Under the pieces are notes generated by a model. That model saw nothing but the letters and a program-made list of their open reading frames with translations. It searched no databases and was not told where the DNA came from. DNA of 64,000 nt from NCBI GenBank assembly GCA_001938485.1, contig MQRK01223727.1, forward strand, positions 7,213-71,212, read 5' to 3'. This DNA comes from Girardia tigrina. Its lineage: Eukaryota. Both the position numbers and the translations under genes were made by a program. Positions 28,790 through 41,132 of the stretch are shown one piece after another (the first letter of the stretch is position 1; each line of letters opens with the position of its first letter).

Positions 28790-29600
28790 CATCACTCTAC
28801 CGCTTATACATAGCTCATAACGATTTTTATTGTCCATGGTCTCCTCTTGACTCGACTCGGAATCATCAAAATTGATTTCATCTTCGATTATTTTAACTAC
28901 TTGTTAAACAACATTTCCTGTAAGATCTACTACTGAGTCTGTGATTATCAATATCTTTTTAACGTTTCATTTCAGTACCAAATTGATCCCTTTCATAATC
29001 TTTTCAAGTTCAGCAATACTTATGTCTGCAGTCATTTTTCTGCTGTAGTCAACTTCCATCTTCGACAACATAATATATGATTTGTAATCCTTATCCAATG
29101 GCAATAGAGCTTGCATCACATCACGCAGTACACTCTTTGCTCATATCTGCATTCCAATGGCCACGTAAAGAATCTAAATTTCAAATGCCATTCCATCACT
29201 TTGCGGATAAAACTGATAGTTTCCTCATGTACCGGTTCTTTCCACTGTAATTCATTACATGACCGATTTATAAAAATACATGCAACACGCAACCAGTTCC
29301 CAGTCGGAAAATTACCGATTAAATATCCGCGGATCGAATACTTACCTCTTCGAGTGACTTTATCTGGAACGTTACTAGGTAGCTGAGTGCTCCTTGACAA
29401 ATTTCACACTCCATCACGTGGAAACTATTGAAGACTGAGAACTAAAACTCTGTTTAATTAGTCTGGATCTTTATATGGCAAACCGAACATCAATAGGTGA
29501 TCTCGTACCTCTCCTACACATATTACATCTTCATTTACAATGATATGATCTGCCTGATATAAACTACCGACCCTGCATCTACTTGGTTTAATTTGAATTA
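28790..29600 (-). mobile_element. Second fragment of the same LTR-pol family (RT connection/RNaseH)
   Basis: VTRRGKYSIRGYLIGNFPTGNWLRVACIFINRSCNELQWKEPV and ISIAELEKIMKGINL..IITDS parallel the copy at 26060-26900. Confidence 0.6.
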
Positions 29601-31637
29601 ACTCTCGAAAGTCCATTAAAGGCATTATATTGTCATTTTTTAATAGATAACAAAGCTATAATTTCTTCTTCCCTATAGTTTACATTTTTTCCATTGGTCT
29701 TAGTCTCACGATATTTGTAAATAATAACAGTGCTTAATTATTTTCAAAATTTTAAGACTATTTTTCCAAACATACGAAAATAATAATGCTATCAATCAAG
29801 AAATTTTAAGTATTCTATATTTTAAATGTTCTCCTATTTCCTTTTTTCGTTTAAAAAACAAAACATAAACCGGTCTCAGAAACCCTTTATTTTTACACTC
29901 ACACCAATGGAAATTATCGATTTTTAGCCTTTTTTAACAAAACTACAATCAACGTTGTTCAGCAACGATTTATATAAACAAAAAACTTCAGAATTTTCTA
30001 GATCTCAAAATAAAAGAATAAAAACCTTATTACACAAATTCTCACTATAAGTATTGTGAAGGACAGGTTCACTCTTAAAATTTTTGAAATAATTAATTTT
30101 TATAAATAATCTCTAAAATAAGGAAATATTTAAAATCAAAAGTTTTTTAAAGAATTATAACTAAAAAACTAAGTTTAAAATGATAAATATTTTTTGTAAA
30201 GTTAATTACACCAATTCATCTTGTATTTTAAATTCATAAATTGTATTTCAAAAATGTAGACATGTAAAACAAATGAAACGAATAAATAGCCTATCAGTAT
30301 TTATAATTCCATATTTTTATGTATAAGGAATCTGGTCAAAAGAAAGCGAAAGTTCCTCAGAAAAATTGTTTAAATAATTGTTATTTGTGTTATTAAATAA
30401 AATTTAGTGTTAATGAATCTTAATTTTGATCAAGAACCCAAAATGTCGACCATCGCCAGCAGCTCCGAACATCTAATTTCGAGGCCCATACCTGACAAAT
30501 TTAGGTGACAAGATAATGTAGAAACATTCATTTCGGCTTGCGCAAGAAACTTCAAAGTGACCAAAGTATCGGAAAGTATGCAAGAGATATTGGTAATTGG
30601 TTTACTCAGTAAACCTTTATAAAGTTTAAACAGTAAACTTTACTGTCACATAAACTCGTACCAATATACGAAAGCGTGGGTCCCGAAGTGAAGGGATATG
30701 AAGCCCTTTTACGACAAGCTTTTCAGACGAAAAGTACGTTAATGGAGGATTTGATAGAGGTGGTAAACTTCGAGAGATCAGGAGAATCAGTAGAGGAATT
30801 CTTCGTTAAGACAAAAAAGTTGGCGGTAAAATTGATGGAACATGAGTGAACAGAGACGGAGGTAGAGAAATGCCTTCTCATTCACGGGTCAAAAGATAGT
30901 GACGTGAAGAAAGAAATCAGATTTAGAGAAGTGAAAGAATTAATAGAAGTGAAGGTCGTCATTAAGAAAGTAGACGAAGTCCGGAGAATGGAAAAACCGG
31001 TGAACGCAATACGACCAACTTAAAGAGATGTGGTCAAAACAGGCACGACGACGGAAATGGCAACAAGAAACATGATGAGGAAAGGAGATACCTTCGGAAG
31101 ACGATCTTCTATGCAGAAGAACATCATATGTTAGAACTGTAAGGAAGTAGGACATAGAAGTTATGAATGTAAACGTCAGATGAAGATCACATGCCATGTA
31201 TGTGGTGAAGAAGGCCATATGCGACGCGAATGCAAAAAGATAAGATATGGAAGATTTTACAATCCAAGACATAGAGCTGAAGAATGTTACACGAATTTGA
31301 ATAAACGATATCAAGGAAGAACGGATTGTCAAAGGAGAACCCAAAGAGATAGCCGACAATTCTCAGATGCACAAACGAAAAGCACAGGAAACCGGAACTC
31401 AGACGACTACAGAAGAGGATTCGAAAGAGGAAGACAGATCGCGGTGATGGAGAAGGAAGATTATTGAGAAGAGCGAGAACATATAGAAAAAAACGAATCC
31501 TGCCAAGACGACGAGGAACCGATCTTGGCACTAGAGTAAGGTTTCTTAAACAAAGACCAGATCATATAAATTATATATAGTAGTAAATTTTTTAATGATA
31601 TAAATAAAATAAATAATAAATTAAATATAAATAACAT

Positions 31638-32397
31638 TGTGAGAAGTGGTTGCAACATCGTTATCCGAATTCATTTTTTTATACCAAAATTTTATTTATA
31701 TAACAACAATTGACATATTTAAAACAAATTTTTCTGTTAATTTAATTATCTCACCACAAATTAATCTATTAAATTCTTTTCGATTCAGTTTTTAAAATCT
31801 TGCAAATTTATTAAATAATTTTCCCATTATAACTAAAAATTCTTGCAAATTTATTAAATACATTTCACATTAAAACCAAAAATTTATTTTAAAATTTATT
31901 TAAATTGCTTAATACTTCTATTAAAATATATAAATTGTTATGACAATAAAAATATTTTTNNNNNNNNNNNNNNNNNNNNNNNNNNNNNNNNNNNNNNNNN
32001 NNNNNNNNNTATTAAAATATATAAATTGTTATGACAATAAAAATATTTTTATTTATAAATAAATATTTAATATTTAATGGTTTTCTTATAATTTTTAATT
32101 TTAAGATATTTAATAGATACATTAAAAATATATTTTTTTATTTTTAAATAGATATTTAATTTTTTTATGATTTTCTTTTATTATATCATTTTGAATTTTT
32201 TTAAATATTTAAAAAACACATTAAAAACATACTTTATTTTTAAATACGTATTTGATTTTTTAATAGTTGTTTTATTATATCATTTTTAATTTTAAAATAT
32301 TGAATAAGGATATTAACATTAAAATATTTTACCTTTTAAATTAAAAAAAAATAATAAATTATTCTGGCGAGATGAAAATTTAAATTAACCCCTCATA
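31638..32397. mobile_element. Solo-LTR-like AT-rich insertion between gag and protease
   Basis: TGTGAG..CTCATA termini, 5-bp TSD AACAT (31633-37, 32398-402); spans an N gap. Confidence 0.7.
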
Positions 32398-33221
32398 AAC
32401 ATGAAATATAAAATTAATAAAAATAAATCAGAATTCATGAGTGAGACGAACTTCTATCAGGAACCAGAAACAAGTCACAAAGTGGTAAAGTTCATAAAAA
32501 CAGGACACGTATAATGAAAGAGAATTGTTGATAATAAATAATTATGAAAATGTACCAATTGTATACAACAGATTGGAGGGTAGACCAAGTATCAGAGTCA
32601 GGATTGAGGACACAGAAATTGAATGTCTATTAGATACTGGAGCAGCCTTAAACGTGATGACAGAAGAAATACTTAAGAAATTAAAGAGCACACGAATGAA
32701 ACAAACAAATCAGAAATTGACAGCAGCATATAGATTACAAATGGATGTTAGAGGAGAAATAGAGACACTGATAAAAATTGGGAAGAAATCAGAGAAAATA
32801 AGATTTATAATAGTAAAGAATTTAAGACCAGACATGATTGGGGGCATGCCATTAATGAAGGAATTCGGAATAGAGCTACAATGGAAAGAAAATAAACAAC
32901 AAGATAAGAGTAAGATTAACATATGTGAAATCGAGGCCAAATTTGGGAAAGGAATCACAGACGAAGAACGAAGAAAAGAAGCAGTGAAAATGATCGATAC
33001 GCAAAAGGATAAAGTACTATAGGAAATAAATCACCAATATCAAGGAATATTCATGGCAAACGACCGGGATATAGGCTGTACGAACTTGTTACGGCACAGA
33101 AGAGGAACAATAGGGGGACCTATAAACATAAAACCGAGAAGACAGCCAGTACACTTAGAGGACAAATCTGAGGAAGCAATCAAAAATCTAGAGGAAAATG
33201 GAATAATAAAGCCATGCAATT

Positions 33222-34688
33222 TGTAAAAATAGAATCAAGTATTCAACAATAAAGATTCTACTTTTACTACAAATAAGTTATAAAAAAAAGGAAAAAAAAA
33301 TTATGATAACGTCGCAATTATAACACTAAAAAAAACAAATAAAAAATAACCTCATAGCATATAAAACAATATTTATTGGCCTAAACAGTCACAGATAAAC
33401 ATTCCGTAATAATAAGCTTCAGACGGTAATTAATTATAATTTCTATTTTATCATTCGATATCTTTATTGATTTTTGTTTTCAAATATAATTTAATATTTT
33501 TCAAATGAATATTCATTAACGATATATAAAAATCTCAGAAAATAAATATTACAGAGATCGGATTGTATGAGTGTAGAAACTGGAAATTTTAAACAATTAA
33601 ATATGAATTAGAAATAAATTCTTTATTTAAACGATGTTTAAATCATTCCGACCCAATTGATGAGCATACGAATGGCAGTTATCAATTAATTCGAGTTTTG
33701 AATGAAATCTTTCATAATCATTTGCACCAGGAAAAGCGCATAATACGTCTGGAAATATTTGTAGGGTCCTGAGACTTTGTAACTGACACGAGAGATAGAG
33801 AATGTGATGGAGCAAGTCCGCAGGAAGTGGGGTAAAGTTTTGAATACAAAGAACTCTTAGGCTTATAATTTCAGCCANGCACGTATCTTGAAGGACACAT
33901 TTGGATTTGACTTTCTGTTCAAACTTGAACTTTGGAACTGGTGGAAATATTCTATCTGGAGTTATTAGAGGAGACATTATGGTTTTCCCAATCAACTTAA
34001 GGCATTTGCAAAGTTTTTGTCCTGGAATGCTACAGTACGCGATGGAGAAGTACACGAGATTCCCGTTTAGGACACTACGAGCAATTAGTGCTTTGATTAA
34101 GCGGTCGGGGATTTCGCTGAAGTTATTCCGAGAAAGNNNNNNNNNNNNNNNNNNNNNNNNNNNNNNNNNNNNNNNNNNNNNNNNNNAAGTTCCTTTACAA
34201 ATGGAAACGGTCTCCACGAGTAAATTAAAAATTCAAGATCATCAATTTGCAAAGAACAATCCTTTTATTTGATATTCTTCTATTTAATTCAGCCAATATC
34301 TTTTTTCAAATAAAATTGAATTCACCGTTCGTTTTGTTTGTTAACAAAATATTGTTTTCAGTTGATTCTGTTTAATTTTCTTTTCTTGAAGAGGATGTGT
34401 TTGATTAATATGAAACTTGTTTACTGTCTTTATTTAATTGATGCAACGTTTTTNNNNNNNNNNNNNNNNNNNNNNNNNNNNNNNNNNNNNNNNNNNNNNN
34501 NTTTTCAAACAAAACAACAAACGAACACCAACACCCACACTTCTCCAAATACAAAAGGTACCAAAATACACAGGACTCCCTATGTAAAAAGAAAAACCAA
34601 TCACACCAAGGCCTTGTACAAAAAACAAAAGAAAGAAAATCACATACACACATAACCAAAAAAAATAAAGAATCAGTAGGGCACTACA
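33222..34688. mobile_element. TG..CA element with 5-bp TSD carrying a host-like LRR sequence
   Basis: Termini TGTAAAA..CAGTAGGGCACTACA and perfect TSD CAATT (33217-21, 34689-93). Excision restores the Gypsy RT frame. Contains two N gaps. Confidence 0.8.
33627..34264 (-). pseudogene. LRRC14/PRAME-like leucine-rich-repeat gene fragment (cargo)
   Basis: 170 stop-free codons (34136-33627) with LRR units LSRNNF, NLVYFSIAYCSI, LRVLCIQNFTPL and LQSLRTLQIFP. Before the gap another frame reads KDCSLQIDDLEFLI..FPFVKEL. The family call is from recalled resemblance of the C-terminus, not a search. Confidence 0.55.
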
Positions 34689-35166
34689 CAATTCACAATG
34701 GAACACACCAATAGTATGTGTTTGGAAAAAAGACAAGGACGAAATCAAACTGTGTCTAGATTTCAGACAGTTAAACCAAATTACAAATAGACAGGCATTC
34801 CCCATACCAAATATAGCGGAAATGATGGTTAGGCTACATGGAACCAGATTTTTCAGCACAATAGACTTAGGAAACAAGTACTACCAGGTAGAATTGGACA
34901 AGGAATCACAGGAAAAAACGGTGTTTTCCACTAAATCAGGACAATTCTGTTTTAAACGGATGACTTTCGGGATAGCAGCAGCCCCATGAATATTTCAGGA
35001 ACTAATGAACAAAGTATTAAAACCGATAAAGAAGGAAGCATCAGTTTATCTGGATGACATATTAATAGCAACAAGCACAAAGGAAGAACATTATAACGTA
35101 GTCAAAGAAGTATTTTGAAGAATAAAGGAGACAGGCTTAAGAATCAAACCACCGAAATGTAAAATA

Positions 35167-36695
35167 CAGGGTGACGCAAAATAAACTCCAAGGTACTTTT
35201 CTTTTGGATCTTTTTATCCTCCTACTTTTTTATAGGTTAAGTATACATTTTTAGAATCCTGAGCGTCGCCAATTTCTGATGCTATATAAAAAAATCAAAA
35301 ATTAAAAAAAAATTTTGAAACGAAAAATTTAACAAACTTTTTATTCCATAAAAGCATAACAACAATTAATTATCGAATTTCAACTTGTCCTCCATCTCTA
35401 AGAAAACATTCATGCAAACGTCGTCTGTAGTCGGCCAAAACGCGTTCACGAAGTGCGTGGTCTCCACGGATTTCATTGGCAAATCCTTCAATCGCTGCTC
35501 TCAACTCTTCGAGTGTGCTTGGACGTTGTTCGCGATGATAAATTCGACTTTTCATGTAGCCCCACAACCAATAGTCACATGCTGTAAGATCTGGCGAGCG
35601 AAATGGCCATGTAACTGGAGCAGGATGCGCCCGTGTTTTGCGACCTATCCATCGATTTGGAAACTGTTGACCCAACAATTCAAGAAAATCTCTAAGAATG
35701 TGTGGCGGAGCGCCGTCATGCTGCTCAATGAGAGAATTGAAATTCGGCCAAGTTTGAAGCTCTGGAATAGTGTGCTCTTGATACAATTCAGTCATCCAAC
35801 GACCATTGATTCCGCGCTCATTTCCTTGTCGCTCCCAAAAGTATGGGCCAACAACACCTTCGACACCAATTCCTATCCAAACTGTCAATTTTTAGGATGA
35901 AGTCGACGAACATCAAACCAATGAGGATTTTCATCGGCCCACATGATCCAGTCTTGACAATGAGTCTGTTTGCATCTTCATCCAATCGATCCAATTCGGT
36001 TCGAGCAAACTCAATTCGAGCGGCGTAGTCGGTCTCCTCCAAGGCATCAGCCATTTGCAAATGATAGGGACGCATCTGTAAGTCTTCTTTCAAAATTCGC
36101 TGCAAGCTTCTTTGTGACATACGAACTGTTCCGTGATCGTCTTCTTCGCTGTCAGTGTCGCCAGTTGAATTAATTGGATTGCGTCGAGTTGATAGATGAG
36201 GATTTGCAGTAAAGGCTTCACGGACGTCTTCAATGGCTTCTTTGGTGCGAACACGTTTTGGCTTGTTCTTTCCGTGCTTTTCATGGACACTTCCAGTCGC
36301 TCGAAAATCGTCAATCCATTTTACAATGACTCTTTTTTCCGGAATCTTTGCTCGACCATTTCTTGTTTCACTTCGAAATTGAGTTTTGAGCTGCGCATAA
36401 TCATAGGCTTCCTCAACAAGAATCAAAACGAGATGAGCTTTTTGCTCATCTTTATACGTCATTTGAATCAAATTTTAGGGTAAAACTTTCTAAGTTCATT
36501 TAAAAAAACGCTTGTTAATTTTTTTTTTAATTTTTGATGTTTTTTTTATTTTTTTTTATTTTTTTTATTTTTTTATATACCATCAGAATTTGGTGACGCT
36601 CAGGATTCTAAAAATGTATACTTTACCTATAAAAAAGTAGGTGGATAAAAAGATCCAATAGAAAAGTACCTTGGAGTTTATTTTGCATCACCCTG
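35167..36695 (-). mobile_element. Tc1/mariner element of the DD41D (rosa/VS)-like group, long TIRs
   Basis: ~140-bp near-identical TIRs starting CAGGGTGA(C/T)GCAAAATAAACTCCAAGG with TA TSD (35165-66, 36696-97). Transposase motifs FRATGSV, PYHLQM, QHDGAPPH, FPNRWIGR and WPFRSPDLTACDYWLWGYMKSRIY. The first-Asp segment is deleted with a frameshift. Confidence 0.92.
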
Positions 36696-37358
36696 TATTA
36701 CGACAAGAAGTAAAATTCTTAGGACACGTTATAAATGATAAAGAGATATAGTTAAATTAAGTTAATTAATTAATTAATTGTATTAAATATTAATATAAAA
36801 TTTTTCTTTAAAGATAATAAGATTTTTCCTTTTTATAATAAAAATTTCTTATTTTTCAATTCGGAACCGATACAATACATCAATACTTCTGAAATTCGAT
36901 TAAAATCAACAAAAACTACATAATAAATAAATAATAAATAAAAAGAATCATTATTATGCTAATTGTCATCATCGAAAAGAAATCGACTCATTTGTGAAAG
37001 GTTCATATTTATCCTTTATAAACATTAGTACCCCTTACCTTGTATCACGCTTGAATAACCTATGTTGATAGAATAAAACATAAATATTGTGAAGATATCT
37101 TTAAACAACTTGATTTATGCAGTGTGGATCAAGCGTTACCTGGCAAGATCTTGTAAATACATTTTACTTGTGAACATAAGCAAAAATATCGAAAATTTTT
37201 CAATGATTCTGTCTTGGATATTTTTGTCTTTATTTATGATATAAAATACTTAATAATATATACTCATTATAGTTTCAAAAATATTAATTTCATTAAATTT
37301 ATACATGTATTCATTTAATATAAGAGGAAAGCTATATTTTATTTTTCAACACAAACAA

Positions 37359-38459
37359 TTATAATGGCTTGCATTTATCGGTTACTACTCTTTTAGTTTC
37401 ACCAGGTGTATAAGAGGTTGCAGTTGTATATTTTCCTGAACCGACTTCTAGTCCAGTTTCGTATTCAATCCAGTCTAGATAGGAAGAAATTCTTGTATAT
37501 ACACCAGGCGTGTCTTTTCCACCGCATCCACTGCCATAAGAAACAACTCCTGCTAATACGAATTGTTTAAATCCACCTTCCGATAACTTTTCACAAACAA
37601 TAGGACCACCACTATCTCCTGTACATGCGTCTCTCTTTCCCTCTTTGAAACCCGCACATAGATTTTCTTCGTATATAACATTTGAACCACAATGTTTTTC
37701 CTGACATGTATCCGCAGCTATTATAGGTAAGTTTACTTCCAATAAATAATTACTAGCGGCATCACCATGTTCTGTTTTGCCGTACCCACTTAAAGTGCAA
37801 ACATTATCATCAAATGCTTCACCAGGGTTTGGAAGGCAAACAGGAGCAACAAATTTATAGTCAAAAAACATCGGTTCAGCCAATTCAATTAGAGAAATGT
37901 CATTATATTTTGTGAACAAAGTAAAACCAGGATGATCAATTAATTTCTTTACCTTGACATTTTGTTCCGGGGCTTCAGTTATATTTATTTGAGTTTTTCC
38001 AGCTCTAATTCGCCACTTTTCAATTGGTAAATCTTGAAAGAAGAATGTACAATGAGCCGCTGTTAGAACCCAATTAGGATGAATAAGAGCTCCTCCACAA
38101 TGATGAGCACCATCTCTTTCGATTTGAACCTGCCAAGGCCATTCTCCGGGCATTGATCGCCAACCTCCGAAAACTTTGAATTTTGAACCATTACTGATTC
38201 CACATCTTTGATTTCTTTTTTGTGGTTTTTCATTTTTATTTAAAGGTTTACAGCAACGATGTTTGTCATTAGGACAAATTTTTTCACTTCCTTGTGGTTT
38301 AACCTCAGTGAATTCTCCTTTAAACGGACATGGATCCTCTTTAGTTACACAGACTCCATCATATTTAGCAAAACATAATGGTGTTTCATCTACATAACAC
38401 AGAATTAATGAAGTTTGTAACACAAATATAACAAAACAAAATAATTTTCTTTCAAACAT
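37359..38459 (-). CDS. Secreted trypsin-like (S1A) serine protease with N-terminal six-Cys (clip/beta-defensin-like) module
   Basis: Intact 366-aa single-exon ORF with a hydrophobic signal peptide, C-x7-C-x6-C-x17-C-x6-CC, and activation site K|VFGG. Catalytic triad TAAHC / NDISL / GDSGGP; Asp in the S1 pocket (RDAC). Confidence 0.95.
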   Translation of the reverse strand: MFERKLFCFVIFVLQTSLILCYVDETPLCFAKYDGVCVTKEDPCPFKGEFTEVKPQGSEKICPNDKHRCCKPLNKNEKPQKRNQRCGISNGSKFKVFGGWRSMPGEWPWQVQIERDGAHHCGGALIHPNWVLTAAHCTFFFQDLPIEKWRIRAGKTQINITEAPEQNVKVKKLIDHPGFTLFTKYNDISLIELAEPMFFDYKFVAPVCLPNPGEAFDDNVCTLSGYGKTEHGDAASNYLLEVNLPIIAADTCQEKHCGSNVIYEENLCAGFKEGKRDACTGDSGGPIVCEKLSEGGFKQFVLAGVVSYGSGCGGKDTPGVYTRISSYLDWIEYETGLEVGSGKYTTATSYTPGETKRVVTDKCKPL

Positions 38460-38999
38460 TTTTTAGTTCAAATAAATTATAATGGGATCAAATTTAAAGT
38501 GATTGTTATTATAATAGAATGGATCAGTTTTAAATAAATATATAAATATTTGAGAGTTTATTAAGCAAACTTTTCAAAGACATTTTAGATTGAGTTCAAA
38601 AATAGGCAAACAAATTGTTTAATAACATTTAGAAAGTTTAACGATCGTACATTATATCAATTTGCTTTATAAATTTTAAATCGAGGTTAATATTGTTTTG
38701 CCATAATAAGTTGTTAATTAAAAATAATTATTTTAAAAAATTATTTCGGGACAGGTGATACATATATGTGCCATATACCTTTGCGCGCTTCTTTCTTATC
38801 TCAGCTTGATTTTTCATCTAAAGTAGCATATGTTTGACATTACTCATCAATAACGTCTCATTTCATTCATCAATTCATTTTATTTTCCTCTATCACACAA
38901 TTAAACACTTTCAATGCATATTTTAGATGAAAAATAAATTTAAAATTTTTCCAAAAAAAGCCGGTCCTGAAAGTGTTAAAGACGAAAAATTATGACTAC

Positions 39000-40885
39000 A
39001 CTTTTTATTAGCAAGCTAAATGCTTGGCATTTTTAATCCAGATAGGCAGCTCCGAAGTGCCTTCTTCAATGCTTTAAACAACTGTTTCAATCATAGGAAC
39101 AGTACACCAAAACGACAATAGATCACGGTGCAACCAGTTCTTCATAAGCTTCCCTAACTCCCTTGTTGTGTCTGTAGTAGCGCTTTCGTCATCTCTAGTA
39201 ACACTAATCAGCTTGGAAGTTTGTGTGGCCTTGGTGTTAATGGCATGCTGAGTGGCTTATGTAGTCGAAAGGTTCCAATATGTTGAAGTTCGTTGAAGGC
39301 TCTGAATACGTTCTTTACTTCATCCTCTTCTGTTACTATTCTCGTAGAGACTTACTTATAATCCACCATTTGCAGATTGACGCAACTATCAACTTGCGCT
39401 GCGTAAGCAACAAAATCCTGTAGCTCACGAGGGAGTTCCTTCTGAACTTCTCCAGCAACGATGAGTAGCATTTCTTGATAACAGTTTGAGTATCTGTAAT
39501 GTAATATCGATGAGTGAGGTTGAAATTCCTCCAATGGAGAATTCATTTCTATTGTATACGCCAAATCCACAACATTAAAAAATTATTTAAAATTCAAGAA
39601 CTAAATTAACAAATTAATAAAAATCCAAAACTATATTAACAATTAATAAAATAAAAATTCAAAATTAAATTAAAATTCATAAAATTCACGATTCATAAAA
39701 ATATGAAAATTCAAACATAAAGAATTTGTTTTACTATATAAATTAAAAAATTAACAAAACGAACAAATTCATATTACAAAACTAATCTGTTTAGTGGTGG
39801 AATGAGGAGGATTAATTTGATACTACATTGTTTATAAATAAACGTTTATCAAAAATTTTCGTTCTCATTAAATACTAAAAACAAAAGACTGTCAAGACGG
39901 AGCGATTAAATAAATCGACTGTTACGTCGATTAAAATTACATCCGGGACAAATCAGGTTGAACATCAACTTTTATCGTGTAATTTGTACAATTTAGGTGC
40001 CGGTCATCCAGTCGCTAACGAACGCATCAAACTTGATCAAGTCAACAGTATTGAGGACGGGGTTACACACAACAACCTGTCGCGATATAACTTCATTTTC
40101 GAGAAGATTGTTAATAAAATATGACCTGTGTACTTAAGTTAAATACCTTGAGGGCAAGAGGTTGACAGAAAGAGTACTTATCAGACTGTCATAATAAATG
40201 TCCACGGCGAGTGAGATAAGAAACTCCACAACTTGCGCACAGTGCTTTTGCTAACATTTCAGCCAATGGTGATGAGAGGAATGAATTTTCCACTGCAGTT
40301 CTCAATCTACATGTCGCACTTCTGCCTTTTGGAAAATTGAATCAAAATGATCTGTGACAGCCTCACTTTTACAGTTGTATCTGCACGGCAGCCATAAGCC
40401 AAGTAAACACTGCAATTGTGAACAAGCTTGCAAGCTACATTCACAAACTTTTCATACTCTCTAAATTTCACATAATGTGTTTGAAGCTTCCCTTCAGCAG
40501 GTGCAAACATAAAAACATCCAAGCAGTCGCTATTATTTTCTACTTACCATTTTACATTCACTTTTCTGTGCTTGTAACATTCTATAGTATTGTGAGAAGT
40601 GCTGATAATGGATTCTTCTATTGCGAAGGGGCCAATATACGTATTTTTGGTTCAGTATTTTGCTAGAACAGCAAAGTTTAAGCCTTCTGTTGTTGCAAAA
40701 GCATCACAAAAAATAGAAAGGTAGTTTTAAAAATCGATTTTAAAAAAATGCCCCCTCAGTCTATCACTTTTGCTTTGGACTGGGTGGCATTTTTGGTGAC
40801 TGGCGGGGGAACTGTCCCCACAGTCAATATGTTAAAAAGGCCCTGCAAAAAGACGCCGCGAATTAATAATCTACTTATTAAATTT
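39000..40885 (-). mobile_element. Highly degenerate hAT-like remnant
   Basis: CAGGGCC-type terminus on the minus strand at ~40885 and scattered transposase-like fragments (e.g. DAFVSDWMTG); no second end found. Confidence 0.35.
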
Positions 40886-41132
40886 TGTAAAAGGTATGAG
40901 ACCCTTATTATAACTTTTAATCATTTTTTAAAAAGTGTTTTGTGATTCTTTCAAAACATTCGACATATTTTAAAGGTTTTATTTTGTTTTTAAAAAGCAT
41001 TAAAATATTTTTATAATCACTTAGAAAATTTTTAATAAGTTAAAGAAATAAAATATTTCAAATTTTTGAAATTTGATACTTTTTTAAAAAAAACGCAATG
41101 TTTTTTACAAATGCTGATTACCATTTACGTAA

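Larger units (their letters stand above)
30055..36745 (+). mobile_element. Ty3/Gypsy retrotransposon, 3'-truncated, with three nested insertions
   Basis: Putative 5' LTR ~30055-30442, then a PBS-like TGTCGACCATCGCC. Gag has three CCHC-type knuckles (31128-31287), followed by protease LLDTGA (32525-33022). RT reads IIKPCN|SQWNTPIVCVWKK..CLDFRQLN..YLDDI..PKCKI|LRQEVKFLGH once the inserts are removed. Confidence 0.92.

Noticed and set aside
34262-34285. Stop-codon reassignment (TAG/TAA at apparent Leu positions upstream of the LRR cargo)
   Set aside because: Host genes here terminate normally at TAA/TGA and have no internal stops; decay or chance is simpler.
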